Source: the human T2T-CHM13v2.0 reference genome, Homo sapiens. Taken from it: 64,000 nt of DNA. The notes under the pieces were generated by a model that was given only the letters and a program-made list of their open reading frames with translations, ran no database searches and was not told where the DNA came from. The DNA lies in assembly GCF_009914755.1 (NCBI RefSeq), contig NC_060929.1, one strand, 5' to 3'. A program made the translations under genes and the position numbers. Position 1 is the first letter of the stretch. Every line of letters begins with the position of its first letter. Positions 60,621-64,000 of the stretch are shown piece by piece.

Positions 60621-62216
60621 ACATTGAAGTTACCTCTCTTTATATGTAGGGGAACTTCCCACTAATTTTATTTGTTTCCTGTTTGGTCAAGGAGTAAGAG
60701 TTTTGTTTTGTTTATGCCTTCATCTTTATTTAAGGTATCCAAATTCCCTAACCACTTTCTTCAGGACTCAAACTGCCCAAGAGTGTTGAATAACAGGTTT
60801 CTCATAGGTGAAAAAATTAGAGAACCTTTCACTCCGGTCCCCAAACCTCTGAACTTTCTTGTCCGTTTTCTTTTTGTCCATTCTCCCTCTCTCATTTGAC
60901 TGCCCGTTCTATCTTCTCTCTCTTTTTCCCAGTTTTAGTTTTAGAGACAGAAAAAACAGCCCTACAAGTATGTCATAAGAACTTGTCTGGCAATTTGGGG
61001 CTGATCTTTTTTGAATCTTTGTTCTTGAGTGGTTATGAACTTACTTAGGGTAGAACAATGACCAGCTGAATGTAAATAAGGAAGAAGAGAGGATGGGAAA
61101 CAGCTAGAAAACAATCAAATAAATACTAAAATGTAGCCCTGATACATTTGCAAGTAGAATTTTATGGTTAGAGCAATTTGACAAGCACTCAGTAAATATC
61201 AGCCACTAATTCTTGAGAAACGCATCTGGCTGCCAATAAACATTCCTAACCATTATCAATCTTTTAGTCACTTACATAGAATTAAAAGTTTAGGGAGAAA
61301 GCACTATTCAATTTTTCTAGTTTTGAACCTGGAGCTATTTATTGCTTGGTGTGGAACATCATGATTAACAATTCCATGTGTGGGATATGTCTTCCCAGAA
61401 GGAAATTAAGGTCCTAATTTTGTTTAAAAAGTAAGAAGACAAGGTGTTAGCCAAGTAACACTTTGTCTTGTTAGACTTGTAGCTGTCCCTTACAAGTCAA
61501 ATAAGAGAAGATGCATCAATGTGAATCTATAAAAAGGAATCAAGCACCTTCAGAGATAGAAAGGTAAAGTCCCTCTGTGTCCACAGGGCATGTCCTTTAC
61601 TCCTGGGGAAATAAGAGGTCTAAGGGAAATAGTCAGTTGTCTAGAATAGCCAGAGGAAAGAATACATGAAAATCAATGGGATATGAAACCAGTGAAGAGG
61701 ACAATTGGGACCAGATAAAGGAAGGCCTTAAATGTCAGTTAGGGTGCTTGAAATTTAGTTACAGGAAATTGAGAAACCAAATTTAAAATTGAAAAATCTG
61801 AGGAAGAAGAATGTTATGTAAAGCATGTAATATAACCACCTTGCCAAGTGTCCTTAGCTTTCTTGTCTTTCCAGTAACCTCTTTGAAAATGTTCTAGGTC
61901 AAAGTTTTCCCATGATATTTCAAGTCAACAGATCATTTGTATAAGGTTAAAATTACACTTGACCATAATGGGAGAAAAATACACATGCACATGACAAAAA
62001 CAGCTCCAAAAACAATGTTTTGGCTTTTCTCATGAAAGAGCACAGCACCTTGAATATCTTTCATGAGATTCCAAAACTATCTCGAATTACTATCAGAAGA
62101 AAAGGAAAGGTTTATTATCAAGTTTTCAGGTTATTATTTAATGAAGCTCATTAATGAGAGAAACAAATAGTCCAGCTCAAATGAAAAAACATATATGCCA
62201 TTTGGATTGTTCTCAG

Positions 62217-62219
<3 letters not shown>

Positions 62220-62253
<34 letters not shown>

Positions 62254-62264
62254 AGTGTGTGTGT
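62220..62264. repeat. (TG)n microsatellite
   Basis: About 15 pure units to 62250, then an interrupted continuation. Confidence 0.95.
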
Positions 62265-62269
62265 ACAAA

Positions 62270-62382
62270 TGAGGGTCTCGCTATTTTGCCCAGGCTGGTC
62301 TCAAACTCCTGTCCTCAAGTGATCCTCCCTCCTCAGTCTCCCAAAGTGTTGAGATTGCTGGTGTGTGCCACCACTCCTGGAC
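62270..62382 (-). mobile_element. Alu left monomer (FLAM-like)
   Basis: gagggtctcgctattttgcccaggctggtctcaaactcc..cccaaagtg... TSD tg(t/c)tctcagttct at 62208-62220 and 62383-62395. Confidence 0.82.
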
Positions 62383-62528
62383 TGCTCTCAGTTCTTTAAA
62401 AAAAAAAAAAATACTGATTTTGATAATGAATCTAGCAATGTTCATTAATGGCTGCTAAAATGATTAAGTGAAACTCTGATGGAGAATTTTATAGTAGATG
62501 GATCAGACAGACAACATTGACATCAGAG

Positions 62529-62738
62529 GACTCAAGCAATCCTCCCATCTCAGCCTCCTGAGCAGCTGGGACTACAGGCATGCACCACTACTCCTGACTA
62601 ATTTTTAAATTTTTGTAGAGACGGAGTCTTTTCAGAGTTGCCCATGCTGGTCTCTAACTCCTCAACTCAAGCAATTCTCCCTCCTCAGCCTCCCCCAAGT
62701 GCTAAGATTACAGGTATGAACCACCATGTCTGCTGGCC
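62529..62738 (-). mobile_element. AluJ fragment lacking its 3' end
   Basis: ctcaagcaatcctccc..gctgggactacagg..tttttgtagagacgg..ctggcc. Confidence 0.8.
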
Positions 62739-63189
62739 TTGATTATATTCTTAAGAGAAGTTCCTCAAAGTGTAATTATTGCCCAAGAGGAATTATTTAA
62801 GGTTCTTGATATATATTGTCAAATTATTTACATAAAAAATGATGTCCATTTAACCTCAAGCAGTTTATTAAAGTGTTATTCTCTCACTTTCTTGATAGCA
62901 TTATAGGGTAATATTATTTAAATCATGATTTATTGGCAATGTTCAGTCTTCCTATAGAATGACATAGTACACTTCTCTATTCAACAAATATTTGGGGTTT
63001 TCTTCACATGAGCACCATGTCAAGATTATTTCTAGTTATAAACAAAATCTTTTGAAAAGTACAGTTTTTAATTGGTTATTACTGGCTTAAGAAAATTTTT
63101 GTATCTTTTACATAATTAGTTTTTTGGATTTATATTCATTCTAAGATATTTGATTGATTTCCTTGGGTTTTCTTTGGAATTGTCATAAC

Positions 63190-63283
63190 TTGGGCAATGG
63201 CTTAGCTTCTTGAAGCCTCCTAGTCATCTGTAGAATGAAGAAAATAATAGATCCTACTTCATAGCTGTGAGAAGACAATGAGA

Positions 63284-63330
<47 letters not shown>

Positions 63331-63375
63331 AAGCCCTATGTCTAGAACGTAGCAACAACTCATTAAATATTTAAT
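63190..63375. mobile_element. MIR containing a (GT)n repeat
   Basis: cttgggcaatggctta..catctgtagaatgaagaaaataatag..ctacttcatag..gtgaga..atgagata. Confidence 0.6.
63286..63327. repeat. (GT)21 microsatellite
   Basis: Perfect dinucleotide run. Confidence 0.97.
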
Positions 63376-64000
63376 ACCTATCGTTATATATCTGGGCTTT
63401 CTCACAAAAGCTAACACACTTCCCCTTAACTAGCTTCTAAAAATGTTGTCATTGTTATTTTAAATGGGACTGCAATGTAGAAATTTGGCCTCTCATGTTG
63501 TTGGGGCATTTGATTTAATATTTTTTAGATAAGCCCCAAAGCAGTGGTAAATTTGTGATTCTGTGAACTGACTGTGTTTGTGAAGCACTGGTAGCATGGT
63601 ACCTCAGTGAAATGAGCATTATTTATTTATGCCAACCAACTAAAATTATTTCAGTGAAACCAGGATGAAGATCTGAAATATTCTGATGGGGAAAATCCAA
63701 TTCTTAGATTTTTCTAGAAAATTCAAATAGACCAACATTGAGGTTAAAGCGTTCCCACTGGCTTCATGTTGTCAGGTCTTTGAAAGAGAAAGAATGCCAG
63801 AGGATCCCCTGTAGTTAAATTGTGAAAACCTAAACATGAGGACAGAGAAAAGAAGAGTATGTCGTTTTTTTCCAAGTCTCTTTTACTCAGAAGTATTCCC
63901 CCAGAGAAAATGGTAGGAGATGGGGCAACAAGGCTTTGTGAGACTCACTCCTGACAAGCCTTCTCAAACTCTGAAAGAATAACAGGGTAACTCCCTGTGG

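Noticed and set aside
60620-64000. Exons of a neighbouring gene (LOX) at the window end
   Set aside because: No lysyl-oxidase-like peptide in any frame and no recognisable exon; cannot be supported from this sequence.

Overview
Human (primate) genomic DNA, AT-rich and mostly transposon-derived. It holds the last four coding exons of SRFBP1 (serum response factor-binding protein 1, BUD22 family) on the + strand: 24020-24101, 24848-25562, 27130-27167 and 31702-31886 (stop TGA). All four splice in frame at GT-AG sites; the upstream exons were not found in the window. A human-specific AluYb8 supports human origin, and from memory (not verified here) this is the 5q23 locus next to LOX. The remainder is L1s of several ages, Alus, MaLR/ERVL LTRs, MER20/MER58 DNA transposons, L2/MIR and microsatellites. 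Subfamily names are by eye, not RepeatMasker. I see no evidence of a new protein-coding or defence system. The most interesting signals are structural: (1) a 51-bp insert inside an Alu monomer that matches sequence 3.46 kb downstream; (2) a 60-bp duplication with a spacer built from fragments of itself; (3) a twin-primed L1 inside a full-length old L1 inside a MER58; (4) a 24-bp Alu stub with a perfect 17-bp TSD; (5) inverted Alu/L1 pairs around SRFBP1 exons and in its 3' region, which predict circRNA, microexon skipping and A-to-I editing.
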